A stretch of 64,000 nucleotides of DNA from Asterionella formosa (Eukaryota): contig NKIB01013060.1 in the NCBI GenBank assembly GCA_002256025.1, positions 1 through 64,000 of the forward strand, written 5' to 3'. The notes below the pieces were generated by a model. The model ran no database searches and was not told the origin of the DNA. It saw only the letters and a list, made by a program, of their open reading frames with translations. Positions 48,348-59,993 of the stretch are shown here, piece by piece. How positions within the stretch are numbered: position 1 is the stretch's first letter; each line of letters starts with the position of its first letter. A program made the position numbers and the translations under genes.

Positions 48348-49646
48348 ATGTCAAGTCATAGGAACACCTTTGGCCATGTTGTGTCCTCGGCGTCGACGTC
48401 CTCGCCGACTAGTGTCATTCCTCGGATGCAAGAGTTTGAGCTGAAAAAACTTGCTCTGCTTCGTAAGCGTGTCAGTTTGCAACAGCGCCTCCACGAATTT
48501 GTGTATCAAGAGAAGTGCATCCAAGAAAAAAGTGTTGTGGTTCCTGTCGATGAAAGTCTTGTCAAATGTGCCAGCATGCCGTGGCGTGATATCACTGGAC
48601 GCTTGGGAACATTTAGTGGGCCGTGCAATGATCGAAATCAACCTCATGGCGTTGTTGGTATTTTAGAGTATGGAACTGAAAGTTTCTATCAAGGTGGATG
48701 GGCCCTGGGCAGGAAGCATGGACCAGGAAAGGAAGTTTGGTCCACTGGGACGATGTTTGAAGGAAATTTTAAAAAAGATCAACGAAGTGGGAGAGGTAAA
48801 TTTTCTTGGCCAGATGGCATGATCTACGAAGGGGAATGGCTGCAAAACCATCGAAATGGTCATGGAAGTTGTGTATGGCCAGACGGCCGAAAGTATCACG
48901 GAGAATGGCGTCGAGGGCAAATTGATGGCAAGGGCATTTTCTGCTGGCCCAACGGGAGTGTCTACGATGGATATTGCAAACAAGGGAAGAAGCATGGTCG
49001 TGGAATTCAAACATGGAAGTCTGGCAAATCCTACACTGGGGATTTTGCAGGTGGCTTGCTGCATGGTGACGGATCTTTAATTTATCCTGACGGGAAACGA
49101 TATCGTGGTCAGTTTCAGAACGACAAATTTCATGGTTTTGGCATTAAGATCTGGCCGAATGGATCAACGTACGAGGGTGACTGGAAAAAGGGCCGATGCC
49201 ATGGTCAAGGTGCCTTTACGTGGCCGAACGGCAGTCGCTACAGTGGCAGCTGGAAGGCTGGACTCTTTTGTGGCCAAGGTGTCTTTACATGGGGATGTGC
49301 CAAAATGTACTCTGGAGAGTGGTACAAGGGAAAGAAACATGGCAAGGGAATACTGACTTGGCCGAATGGAAAGAAATATGACGGGGAATACCAAGCAGGT
49401 GAGCGTAGCGGGAATGGAAGTTGTGTTTGGCCTGATGGGAGCAAATATGTAGGAGACTGGAAGCACAATAAACGTCATGGCAGTGGGACTTTAACGAACA
49501 ATAAAGGCATGATTGTTCATGGCGGCATGTTTCGAAGCAATGTTCCATTGGATTCAAAAGAACATCAGTGGCCTTCTGGCCAAAGATACGAGATCAAGCT
49601 GGACAGTATATTTGCAGATTCGAACGATTTTGGAATGTGTACCTAG
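48348..49646 (+). CDS. MORN-repeat protein
   Basis: About 13 repeats of Y.G.W..G..HG.G...WP.G; likely start MSSHRN at 48348. Confidence 0.92.
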   Translation: MSSHRNTFGHVVSSASTSSPTSVIPRMQEFELKKLALLRKRVSLQQRLHEFVYQEKCIQEKSVVVPVDESLVKCASMPWRDITGRLGTFSGPCNDRNQPHGVVGILEYGTESFYQGGWALGRKHGPGKEVWSTGTMFEGNFKKDQRSGRGKFSWPDGMIYEGEWLQNHRNGHGSCVWPDGRKYHGEWRRGQIDGKGIFCWPNGSVYDGYCKQGKKHGRGIQTWKSGKSYTGDFAGGLLHGDGSLIYPDGKRYRGQFQNDKFHGFGIKIWPNGSTYEGDWKKGRCHGQGAFTWPNGSRYSGSWKAGLFCGQGVFTWGCAKMYSGEWYKGKKHGKGILTWPNGKKYDGEYQAGERSGNGSCVWPDGSKYVGDWKHNKRHGSGTLTNNKGMIVHGGMFRSNVPLDSKEHQWPSGQRYEIKLDSIFADSNDFGMCT

Positions 49647-49742
49647 AAAGATTTTATTTCTTGAATAAAATATCATCTGGTTTCTTGAATTGACATTTTC
49701 AAAATGACTCTCAAGTTTTTGTTTACTGATATAGTTGGTAAC

Positions 49743-50106
49743 CACATATAACTAGAAACCTGCTGACAATGACTAGACTTTGCTGACAACAACTAGAAAA
49801 TGCTGACAATGACTAGAATTTGCTGACTACTATTAGAAATTACTGATTGTAAACCATACAAACAAACCCTTCCAGTTGCTGAACACCATTACCAGCAGTA
49901 GTAGCTGAACATGATTTCGATGATCAGAACATGACTTGGATTTAATGAATGGTAATCTAACATTGGAGAAAGTTACTTGAGAGAGTTTGGAATAGAAAGC
50001 CAGCCTATCTCATTGCATCTGGTAGGCATGGGATGAGTCATTGGGAGTGAGTCGAAACTGAATGCCGGCAAGTGTGCATAAAATGTGCACTGCTGTTTCT
50101 TCCAGG
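49743..50106 (-). repeat. Dispersed repeat with terminal 20-bp tandem array (copy 2)
   Basis: TGCTGACAATGACTAGA(A/C)NN x4-5 at 49750-49850; remainder is the inverted homolog of 38615-38880. Confidence 0.8.
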
Positions 50107-50841
50107 AAATTAGTGGGTTCGAGTTATGAAGTAGGAGTACCAATGTACAACAAATGCCATCTTCAGGTACAACATGCTGCAAGACATTGCATTGGTGGAA
50201 ATCCCATCCATGTATTTGCAAGTTTTTATCCTTGGATACATAAAAGTGTGACAAGTATGAGTACCAGGTAGCGTAGCTCCATGGATATACTGGTATAAGT
50301 AATGTGGACGTGACTTGCTTGCGTTTTACTGATTGGACCTAGATCATACAGATTCCAATTAGGAATATTTTCCGGGGTAACCAGCCAATCATGTCAAACT
50401 ACCGACAAACATGTGCTCAGAGCACCTGAATTTGAACTTGGTGGTGACATGGGAAGGGCTTACAGCTCAATGATGATGGTTCTATCTTTCATAATTGTGC
50501 ATGGAAAGAAGATGAGCCAGCCAATTTGCACTTGTTGTTAGTGAGATAATGAATGTTGCAAGCGGACTTGGAAAAAAGAACGACGGTATTCAGATTGTGT
50601 GTGTATATGTACATACATTGTAGTGTTGTGGAAGGAAATAATACTTTTTATACTTCATACTTGACCACCTATGAATTATCAAGTTTCATATGCTACAAAA
50701 AGCATGAAATTGTAAGTTCTGGGTCGCTAATTATTGCTCCTGTAAGGCGAATATCGCATTGTAGTAGTATGTTATGTTGCGGACTCTATCGTTTTGATAG
50801 CAGAGGTTGATTTACAGCACATAGTTTGTTGTTGATTTTGT

Positions 50842-51528
50842 TCACAAATCCGGAATTTGGATTACTGGTGCATTTAGGAGTTCTGGGAACTTTGTTACGA
50901 TGGTTGCTAGTACCACAATAAAGACGGAAAAAATTCCAATCCAATTTTGTTTGTAAGGAGCAAAAACTTCGGTCCATAGTTTTTCCTTCGGCATTTCACC
51001 TTCAAGTGCCTGGCAAGCAACGGAGTTGGCCATGCATCTATTAGTGAGAAGTGTCAACATCGGCTCAACATGAAAGAATTTGCTTCATAAATAGTCTCAC
51101 CTTTCGATTCTCTACAGCTTGCTTCCGCTGCTGCGCTGCCACCAGGTCTTGCTCATCTATCCAATAATCCTCGCCATACTCTTTGGACTTGGACGCAACG
51201 ATTGGACGACTCTCTGCTGTTTCCCATGGAAAATCGTCTTGCTGTTCACCCCTTTGATCACGTCCAGAGCGTCTCTAAAATGATCACATAATGTGAGATA
51301 ATTTCATGGGCGAGAGTCGGAAATCTCGCACCAGATATGCGACAAGCCCAGATTTTTGCTCACCTTTTTCAGATTTCTTCGAGGCTGGCGCGGCGTCGAG
51401 AATACCACCGTTTTGCCTACTGACAGTGACATTGGAAGATTAGAAATCACAAACCCATATACTAGGGATGAGCTCATCAACATGACCAGCGCCAAAACGA
51501 GAATAGATGACGGCGTTCTCATCATCAT
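50842..51528 (-). CDS. Probable plastid-targeted small membrane protein, 3 exons: 51528-51364, 51274-51101, 51009-50842
   Basis: Signal peptide ending VYG-F plus transit-like region; two canonical in-frame introns; GEDYWIDE and KLWTEVFAPYKQNWI plus C-terminal TM. Confidence 0.78.
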
Positions 51529-51970
51529 AGTCAGCAAAATTGTGAAAAAATATAACGGTACTACTCCAGAAAAGGCAAGGAATGATGTGAAAACAAAACA
51601 TGACGCGTTTATCCGGGTGCTAAAACCAGTCAACCAGTACGGGAATTCTTCGTTGCCCCGGTCAAACATAACTACCGGTATCTTAACTGTACATACCACG
51701 TCGAGTTTTGCCTCTCATCAAGTTGTATTCACCACACTTCCGACAACGACGTCTATATAGTGCATAACAACATGCAACCTAGACTTTACAGAACAAAAGT
51801 ATTTGTTGAAGCTTTATAATTTTGCAGTTCACTGGACTATCGCGGAAGTGGTCGTAGCTCTTATTCGGATACTAGGTCTTGTCTCCCCATCAGAGAAGTG
51901 GCAAGGTCCAAGTTAAAGTGGCTTGAAGCAAATTTTGCATTGGAATACCTATGACTTAATCAAAGAACAT

Positions 51971-53698
51971 CTAGGCGTCTTTCATTTCAACAGCCTCGTC
52001 ATCAGAATCGACCAACTTCAAAGTGAACGCGTCTCCCTTACCACTAGCATGAGCAAGAACTTGATCCCAAAAGTGCCCAACTCCCTTGCTCTTAAGTGCG
52101 TTTCGACATTGAGCGGAGGTCTCGCATGACTGAAAGAGAAATCCAGAGAACAGTCGCTTCTTCGCCATGCCCGTCCAGACCAACTCACACTTGTTGTCAG
52201 GTCTGAATTTGGCGTCTTCTCCTCCTTCGAGGGCTTCATATTCCTCATCCTCGTCTAATCCTTGCCACTTCATTCGTACCGTCATGAGTCTTATATATCG
52301 ATTGATCGCCTTGGGGCCGCCTTCGGCGATAACACAAGCCACACTATGAGGATACTCACATTCCAAGACGCCACCCGTAATATGGTTTTGCTGTGCATTC
52401 AAATCCAACTTTGCCCGATGATACGGATGAGACATATCCTTGACGTAAAAGATGGCTACCGAGACGGTCTGGGATGTATCCTCCAGTAGCTTTCGAGCCC
52501 TTTTTTCGGAACGTTGCTCTTTCGTCAGCTTTGTTTCTTCGTTTTTCTTCATATGAGCTCGTTGTCTCGCTTGCATTTGCTCTTGAACTTTCTTCTCCAT
52601 TTGGGAAGGATCCATAAAGGCCTGGTCGCCCAGTACTCGGATAAAATTTTTGAGTGTGAGGCGAGGTTCTGGAGGTGCCACGAGGCCTGCAGCCTGCAGG
52701 TCCTGCAATTCTCGTTGCTTCTCTGAACGGCGAAGCTTTCGCTTGCGCTTTAGTTCTCGTTTAGTGAGGTACAAAGTTGGTTCTTTGAGTGCCTCTTCCG
52801 AACCTGTCTTTATAGGAACAATGTGCTGCACCAAGGCTGCTGTCTTGCTACACGACAGGGTAGCTTGATCGAAGCATTGAGATTCGAGTTCCTTTGTATC
52901 AATATATTCTTCGTATTCCTCGTTGGATTCACCGAGTCTCTGCAATTGTGATTTTGACTGCTGCAACTGAAACTTGTTTTCATTCTCCGCAAGTTGTTTT
53001 CTTAGTTTGGAAGGGAGCAATTCGAGGTCCCACCATTCCATCACTAACGGCATCTTCTTATTGTCACAGTCGCCTCGCACACCAAGCGCGCCTTCTTTTT
53101 CAATAATAGCATCACCTGCAGATCCGTAAACTTCAGCTAACCCATACGATTGGACAAATTCTCCCTTTTTACGTCCACTAACAAATCCAGATTGTAACGC
53201 GTTCGCTGCTTTCTCGCGCTTTCGCTCTGCAATCTCTACAAAGGTCCCAGGTTCAATCCACTTGATTTCCTTGTGATGCTTCCTAATCTTCGCCGTTTGG
53301 ATGCGATCGTCGAGTGGTTCTTCCTCCTCATCCTTTGCATGAGCGAGATATGGGTTTATCTTCGGTACGACCGGCACTGGCTTGACCGTCTGGAAGGTCG
53401 GAGCTGTCATTGTAAGATCCAAATCATAAACTTTGGCCTTTTTTGAATCTGGCGCAAGTATTGGTTCTTCGTCTGCTGGTCGCTTTGGTGCTGCAGGTAC
53501 AACATTGTGTTTGCTCTTGAGCGCTGCTAATCGAGCCTTGACGCTTGCCTGAAGTGCCAGCGCCTTGGCTTTCTTTTCGTCTAAACCATTGCTGGTTGCT
53601 GTAGCTGGAGGGACTAGCTCATTCTCTTGCAATTTTTCTTCAGGAGGTCCCCATCGACGCTTTCGCTTCTCTTGTCGTTGCGGTTCAATATCCGCCAT
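51971..53698 (-). CDS. PRP3: U4/U6 snRNP protein Prp3
   Basis: MEWWD, VQHIVP, LYLTKRELKRKRKLRR, PPEPRLTLKNFIRVL, AFMDPSQME, KLDLNAQQ, EGGPKAINRY and CELVWTG motifs. Confidence 0.93.
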   Translation of the reverse strand: MADIEPQRQEKRKRRWGPPEEKLQENELVPPATATSNGLDEKKAKALALQASVKARLAALKSKHNVVPAAPKRPADEEPILAPDSKKAKVYDLDLTMTAPTFQTVKPVPVVPKINPYLAHAKDEEEEPLDDRIQTAKIRKHHKEIKWIEPGTFVEIAERKREKAANALQSGFVSGRKKGEFVQSYGLAEVYGSAGDAIIEKEGALGVRGDCDNKKMPLVMEWWDLELLPSKLRKQLAENENKFQLQQSKSQLQRLGESNEEYEEYIDTKELESQCFDQATLSCSKTAALVQHIVPIKTGSEEALKEPTLYLTKRELKRKRKLRRSEKQRELQDLQAAGLVAPPEPRLTLKNFIRVLGDQAFMDPSQMEKKVQEQMQARQRAHMKKNEETKLTKEQRSEKRARKLLEDTSQTVSVAIFYVKDMSHPYHRAKLDLNAQQNHITGGVLECEYPHSVACVIAEGGPKAINRYIRLMTVRMKWQGLDEDEEYEALEGGEDAKFRPDNKCELVWTGMAKKRLFSGFLFQSCETSAQCRNALKSKGVGHFWDQVLAHASGKGDAFTLKLVDSDDEAVEMKDA

Positions 53699-54367
53699 GG
53701 TGCTGGGTCTACAACAAAATATTAACAATAACTATTAATCGGGATGGGAATTGTGGGAGCTATACTATTATATAGCTCGTACATACCCCAAACGTCTGAT
53801 ATTCGTCCCCCTGCTTGCTTCTCAGTATCATTACCCTGGTACAGGTACCAGGTACAAGGTACCAGCTATGCATGTACCACCAGTTATTAGACCTATACCA
53901 AATTCCGGCTCAACTCGGGATCTCAATATAGCCAAGGGTTTTCACAAGTATGAATCTGCAGATTTCTATCTATAAGGAGTTGTCTACCTTGTAGTAGTCT
54001 TCCAGGACTCAAATTGAGTGTTTTGGTCGCTTCCTAAACTATAGTTATTCATTTTGGTAAGATATGCTCCAATAGTAGTTCCCAAGAGCCTCCAATTTTA
54101 GGACAGTCGGAACTCAATGCACATAATATGGGATTCTGGTAATTGTTGTTTTTCTTGCAAGTCAAAGACGGTATGTTTATGCTCACCAGGCGCTAACATG
54201 AATAGAATGAATGAGTCAATGACGGAAATTGCATTCATTCAATCGCACATGTCACTTTGCATGGACGATGATCAAATGAAACAACATGCTTTACTATATA
54301 ATTCAAAACTATTTGTCATACCATTAGCCCAAAGGTCCATCCTTATACCAGAGAATGGAATTCTGGA

Positions 54368-55840
54368 TCAGTCCTTGGATAAAAAGGACATGTTATAAAT
54401 ACTGCTTCCAAGAGAGGTGGTCCCCAGATTAGACTCATCGGTACCAAACGTTTGTGTACTCATATCCATTTGTGCAGAAACATTCATGCTCCCTTGTTTT
54501 CGTTCGCCAGCAGCACTGGTACCATGAGGCGAGATGGCTGACTTCTTTGTGTAGTCCTTCGAAGACGACAACACTCTGGATGGAGGTTCATCTGATATTC
54601 TCAAGGAATCTTCAAAGACGGCACTTAAATTTGTTCCGTCTGACATGTCTCCAATAGAAAAGGACATGGCCGATAGGTGGTTGGACGAGTTCAATCCCAT
54701 TCTTGCTGTCTTGCTCGTTGAGTCTTGATCTTTAACAAAGACAGTTTCAAACGTCAACGAGTCGGAACGTTCAATGCATCTAGCAGTCACAACCCCTTGT
54801 GATTTGGTTGTTGGGTCGAAGTCTCTGCCTTTCAATTGTAAATTTGGATGAATTGGTGTTGGCTCAAACGATTCTGAATTGTACATCGACCCAGCACTGA
54901 GAGGCTGCATTCGTGTTGCTGTATTCAAGGAGGCATCCAAGTCAGAAGGCAAATTAATCATTCCTGGGATCACTCGCTGTTGGCCAATGGAATTTTGATA
55001 TGAGACAGAATGCAGTCCCCCCATGGCCGAACCAGATGAGACAATGTCGGGTGGAGGCATTAAAGCTTGTAAGCCGCCCATATTATTGCATGGGTTGTCG
55101 TCAATCCCAAATTGAGGTTGTGGCTGCCTTTGGAAGTCCTGTAGGGATAGCAGAGTGAGAATTTGTTCAGCTTGCACTCACATAAGTTGCAAACAGTAAC
55201 GACGGTTCGCGTTGATTTTGGAAAGCGGAGCACATTTCGTCAAGAAAGGAAAAGCAAAGCAATGCTGCCAAGTCATCGCAGCACAACCTGAAAACCAAAG
55301 GTTCCGGGCCAATACATAGAATATTTCCACTTGTACGATGAAAACCAAGCGAACAGTTGTAAAGTACATCAACCAAGAAAAAGGGTTCACCAACCGTACT
55401 ATGCCAGACGTTTGAAATCTGTAAGCATTGCCACGTACCAGATATAGGTCATTTTGTGTAGGCTCATCCTCGTCGTCGTCTTCGTCGGAATTTACTAAAT
55501 TTTTCATCAAGTCTGGTGCACCTTCTCGAAGCGCTTGTCTCGTCTTGTCAAGTGCTTTCTTGTCTCCAATGTCATACCACAGCTGCGTGACTTTATCTTG
55601 CTTGAGAAAGCGTCCCGGAGGATCTAGAAGGCGCATTTCATCGACTATCATGCGCGAAAATTGGCCTTTTTGCGGTTTTGGGCAAGCGAGATACGCCACC
55701 TTGTGCTTCCGCACCAGAGCGCGGAAGTGCTCATTGCCTGCGTGATAATTCACAAAATTGCCTCGTCCTGATAACACATCGTGATCGTGAGGAACCACAA
55801 CCTCGGCCTTCGTGCAACTTGTTTCGTTTCCGTTCTCCAT
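54368..55840 (-). CDS. DUF6824-domain protein; probable single intron 55438-55139
   Basis: PHDHDVLSGRGNFVNYHAGNEHFR...GRFLK...WYDIGDKKALDKTRQALRE; GTACGT...CAG joins DLYL|DFQRQ in frame. Confidence 0.85.
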
Positions 55841-56396
55841 CTTCGTTTCGGTCGCAACGAAAAGTCTCTCACAGAATTCAAAACCCTTGAATCACGAGGC
55901 AAAAGTAGAAGCAGCAGTGAAAACATACGATGTCCCCGAAACAAAATGTCTTTCCCAAATGCCTATGTGTGTAGTTGATAGTTGTTCTTCTAGTACGTGT
56001 ATAGAAAGGGAAATACCGTAATACACAAATCAAATGTTCGATTTGTCGAGGAGTGCCTTGTATTTCCTAAAATATTCCGGTACTTAAAAACATATGGAAT
56101 GCAATTAAAGCAACTGCATGCTTTTCAGCATAGCAGGTACCGTGATTGTCGAATATAGGCGTCAATGCAATACACCAACATTATAGTCAGAGTCAAGCGA
56201 CTTCGTCGTTCTGGTTTTATATTGCCCTGAACACCAGTATCTCAATTGCCAGACCTTTCCGGCGTCGTACGTACGTTGTTTGCGGTTTGTGCTGAGCACG
56301 AATGGGCCGCGAACGCATACCAACAAGCAGGCATCAGGGCCTGAAAGAAAACAAAGAACAGGAGCTCCACGAGGAGGCTATGCCGGAACAATCCTT

Positions 56397-56488
56397 GCAA
56401 GTTGCGGTAATTTGGCTTAACTAAAGATTTAGCTGTCTTTATCATAGATTAAATTGTTGATTTAAGCAAGATGACGGCCAGAACTTGC
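56397..56488. mobile_element. ~91-bp MITE
   Basis: GCAAGTTGCGGTAA...ATGACGGCCAGAACTTGC; homolog of 63167-63257. Confidence 0.7.
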
Positions 56489-56569
56489 TGTACTCCGTGG
56501 TCTAACATACGCACCACCCAATTTACTCCGGCGAACCAGTAGCAAGCTGGCAAGCAAAATATACCTGTA

Positions 56570-56900
56570 ACGGTAGTAGTACTCCGGAATACCGCTGCAT
56601 GAGATATGCACTGCATGCCGGTAGTACCAGGTACCTGGTACAAAGAAGGTGTTGACCATCTACCGGTAGTTCCCAGGTTGTAAATAAAGGGTAGGTGGTT
56701 TTTACGTATGTACACATACATCTGCTGGGTATGAATGATTGGAACTCGGAATACTGGCACCTGGTACTGGGTATCATTTCATCATCCGATTGTACCCGGT
56801 ACCAGGTGCCTGGAATTACCAGGTGGTAGCGGTGCTACTGGTATCAGTTCTTTGGCTGGGAGACGGTTGCCGATTAAAGAACCAGGTACCTGGTCGTACA
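56570..56900. other. TA-flanked micro-motif cluster in divergent promoter
   Basis: CCGGTAGTACCAGGTACCTGGTAC, TACCGGTAG, CCCGGTACCAGGT, ACCAGGTACCTGGT. Confidence 0.8.
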
Positions 56901-57196
56901 GATAATGTACAGCCACACAAGTATCAACACTTTCACCCTGCTATGTCAAAATTTATCATCTGCTTGACCACGCTTCTATTTAGGAGTAACGTTTGCAGCA
57001 GACAAGTCAGCAAAACCGACGACGACGTTTGTTCATCGATTCCAATCAATTGCAAGCATAGCAAGCCACTGAATCACCTTCATTTCTTCTCGGCGCAACT
57101 GCAACAACCTATTTCTTTCCATCCTTCGTCAGGCTCCCATCGAAATTACCCGCCTCTATCTATTAGCTTTACTACCGAACAACGGTTACTTTAATA

Positions 57197-58207
57197 ATGG
57201 TATCATCCACAATGTCATGTCGGACGTTGGCGCTTTTCCTGTTACTTGCAACCGCCACCACTAGTGCCTTTTGCGTGTTCCCGTCGACCGCGGTCATTCC
57301 AGCGACCACGGCGCTCTTCGCTCGCCGTCCACCCGGTGGGAAGAGATATCAGCCTAGAGTGGAAGAAGAGAGGCCCACAATGAATGCTGATATTCAGCAA
57401 GCGGAACTTCGTGTTGTCATGGGATCAAGCTCGGGTGCCAAGGATGAACCCATTGGTGTCATGACGAAGGCAGATGCTCTGGCAAAGGCCAAATCGCTTA
57501 GTTTGGACCTCATTCTCATTAATGCACAATCGGACCCGCCTGTCTGTAAGATTGTTGATTACAGCAAGTGGCGTTACTCAAAAGAGAAGAAGGCCAAAGA
57601 AGTGAAGAAGAATTCTAAAGCGACGGAAATCAAGGAGATTAAAATGTCATACAAGATTGACGTTCATGATTATGAAGTCCGTAAGAAGAATTGTGCCAAG
57701 TTTCTTAATCAAGGAAATCGTGTTAAGTGTACTGTCATGTTCCGGGGACGTGAAGTCCAGCATGACAATCTCGGTTTCGATCTTTTGGACAAGTTGGCCA
57801 ATGATTTGGATAAGTGGGCGACAAAGGAGGGACGTCCCAAGAGAGAAGGGCGTAGTTTGGCGTTCATCTTGACCCCTCGCCCCGAAGTCGTGAAGGCCCT
57901 TACTGATGCCAAGAGAGCAGAAGAAAAGGCTAAGAAGAAGAAGAGAGACGAGACGTTTAAGTTACTGCAGAAAGCTGTGGACGATGCTACTAACAAAATA
58001 GAAGTTGAAGCTGCTTTGGCAGCCGTGGCAAGAGCCGAAGCAGAAGAAGCGGCTGAGCTTTTGGCTTTGAGTTTGATCGAAGAAGACGACGATGGTGATG
58101 ATGAAGATGATGATGATGACGACGATGATGATGATGATGATGACGTTCTTTCTTCCCTTGATGCTTTATTAGGAAGTGATGATTTGACCGATGATCTATT
58201 TTCTTAA
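57197..58207 (+). CDS. infC: Plastid-targeted translation initiation factor IF-3
   Basis: Signal peptide ending TSA-F; PPVCKIVDYSK, KEIKMSYKIDVHDY and VMFRGRE motifs; acidic (GAT)n-encoded tail. Confidence 0.92.
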   Translation: MVSSTMSCRTLALFLLLATATTSAFCVFPSTAVIPATTALFARRPPGGKRYQPRVEEERPTMNADIQQAELRVVMGSSSGAKDEPIGVMTKADALAKAKSLSLDLILINAQSDPPVCKIVDYSKWRYSKEKKAKEVKKNSKATEIKEIKMSYKIDVHDYEVRKKNCAKFLNQGNRVKCTVMFRGREVQHDNLGFDLLDKLANDLDKWATKEGRPKREGRSLAFILTPRPEVVKALTDAKRAEEKAKKKKRDETFKLLQKAVDDATNKIEVEAALAAVARAEAEEAAELLALSLIEEDDDGDDEDDDDDDDDDDDDDVLSSLDALLGSDDLTDDLFS

Positions 58208-58693
58208 TTAATGCGGAAAGGGCCAAGACATTCCGACTGTACCTTGTACCACCTCAAAACTGAGAGCAAACGCTTTGAAGATTTTGAACTGAGAGCCAAT
58301 GTTAAATCGAGTAAAATCACATTTTGGACTAAATATGCTAGATACGAACATAATTAATAAAGCAATGTTGTAGCAATTTACCGGTATATACTAAACAAAA
58401 CTTGTTTTACTTCAAACTCATCAAATAGCTCGAGTTGCAGACATAATTCAGCCCGAAGGTTGCTGTTGACGAAGAATGGAATCTGGTACCTGGTACCAGA
58501 TAACAGGTACGGAGTAAGTACCAGGGAGTGCCAGTACGCAGGACTCAGTACCATGTAGATACAGAAATAGTTATAACCCACAAGTACCGGTAGTATAGCA
58601 GACGCTATGCCCCATCAGGCTGGTCTTGACAAAAGCTCTTGAGCATAACTCACCAGAAGACTACCCAGTGCATCAACGACGAGATCCAAAACT

Positions 58694-59831
58694 ATGACGG
58701 CAACGACGGACCGCATTACCCTTCACCTTCCAGATGACTTTCATCATCACTGCCGCGATGGCAACAAGACGGTACAAGTTTTGAAGCACGCGTCGAAGCG
58801 CTTTGGGCGGTGCCTCGTGATGCCAAATCTCAAGCCTCCAGTAGTCAACATGGAAATGGCGTTGAAGTACCGAGAACATGTTCTCAAGTCCCTGCCTCCA
58901 GATTCTCCTCTTGACTTTGAGCCTCTCATGACAATCTACTTGACGGACAACACAACTCCAGAAATTGTTGAGGAAGCGTTCGCAACAGGCAAGATTGTCG
59001 CCTGCAAATTTTATCCTGCTGGGGCCACCACTAATTCTGATTCAGGAGTCAGCGATGTTTCCAATGTCTACCCAGCCATTGCAAAGATGGCAGAAATCGG
59101 GATGATACTTTGCATTCATTCAGAAGTCACTCACGGGGATATATTTGAACGTGAACCTGCCTTTATTAACGAAGTCATGAAACCCCTTGTGGAGCGATTT
59201 CCCACATTGAAAATCGTCATGGAGCATATCTCCACGAAAGAAGCAGTGGAGTACATTATGCACGAAGCGCCGGATAATGTGAGGGCAAGCGTCACTGTTC
59301 ATCATTTACTGTTCAACCGAAATCGTAAGTATGTGTATTATGTGTATATGACCGTCACTGGAAACGCAATGAATGATGACACTGACCTACACCGACATTT
59401 ACACATTAGACATGCTCGTTGGCGGCATTCGACCGCACCTCTATTGTTTGCCTATTTTAAAGGCTGAATCACATCGCGTCGCTTTGCTGGAGGCTGCCAC
59501 ATCCGGATCTTCAAAGTTTTTCATGGGCACAGATTCGGCACCCCACCCCACAGCGGAAAAACAATCGGCATGCGGATGCGCAGGTGTATTCACAGCTCAT
59601 GCTGCTGTTGAACTCTACGCTGAAGCCTTTGAAACCGTAGGCAAGTTGGACATGCTGGACGACTTTTTGTCAAAATTTGGGGCGGAGCATTATGGCCTCA
59701 CGAGAAACACGAGGATGATTGTTCTGGAAAAGAAGCCATGGGAAGTGCCACTGTCGTATGATTTTGGAGATGGACTTACTGTGACTCCCCTGCGAGCGGG
59801 GGAAAAGGTGCAGTGGCAAATTGTCGAGTAA
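58694..59831 (+). CDS. pyrC: Dihydroorotase, homodimeric (E. coli/plant type), intron 59325-59409
   Basis: [38 protein letters not shown] and GTDSAPH motifs; GTAAGT...TAG intron restores [13 protein letters not shown]. Confidence 0.95.
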
Positions 59832-59993
59832 GTTACTTTCGCAAGAGAAAAGGATCCATGCACGCACCGAATATGGGCACTATACTGAGTTTACCGATTG
59901 TCTACGTATCAACTGCGGGACTACATCACTAGTTCTGACGCGACGTTTCGCAACACCAGTGAGGTAACAAAATTACGGTTTGGAAATGCCTAT

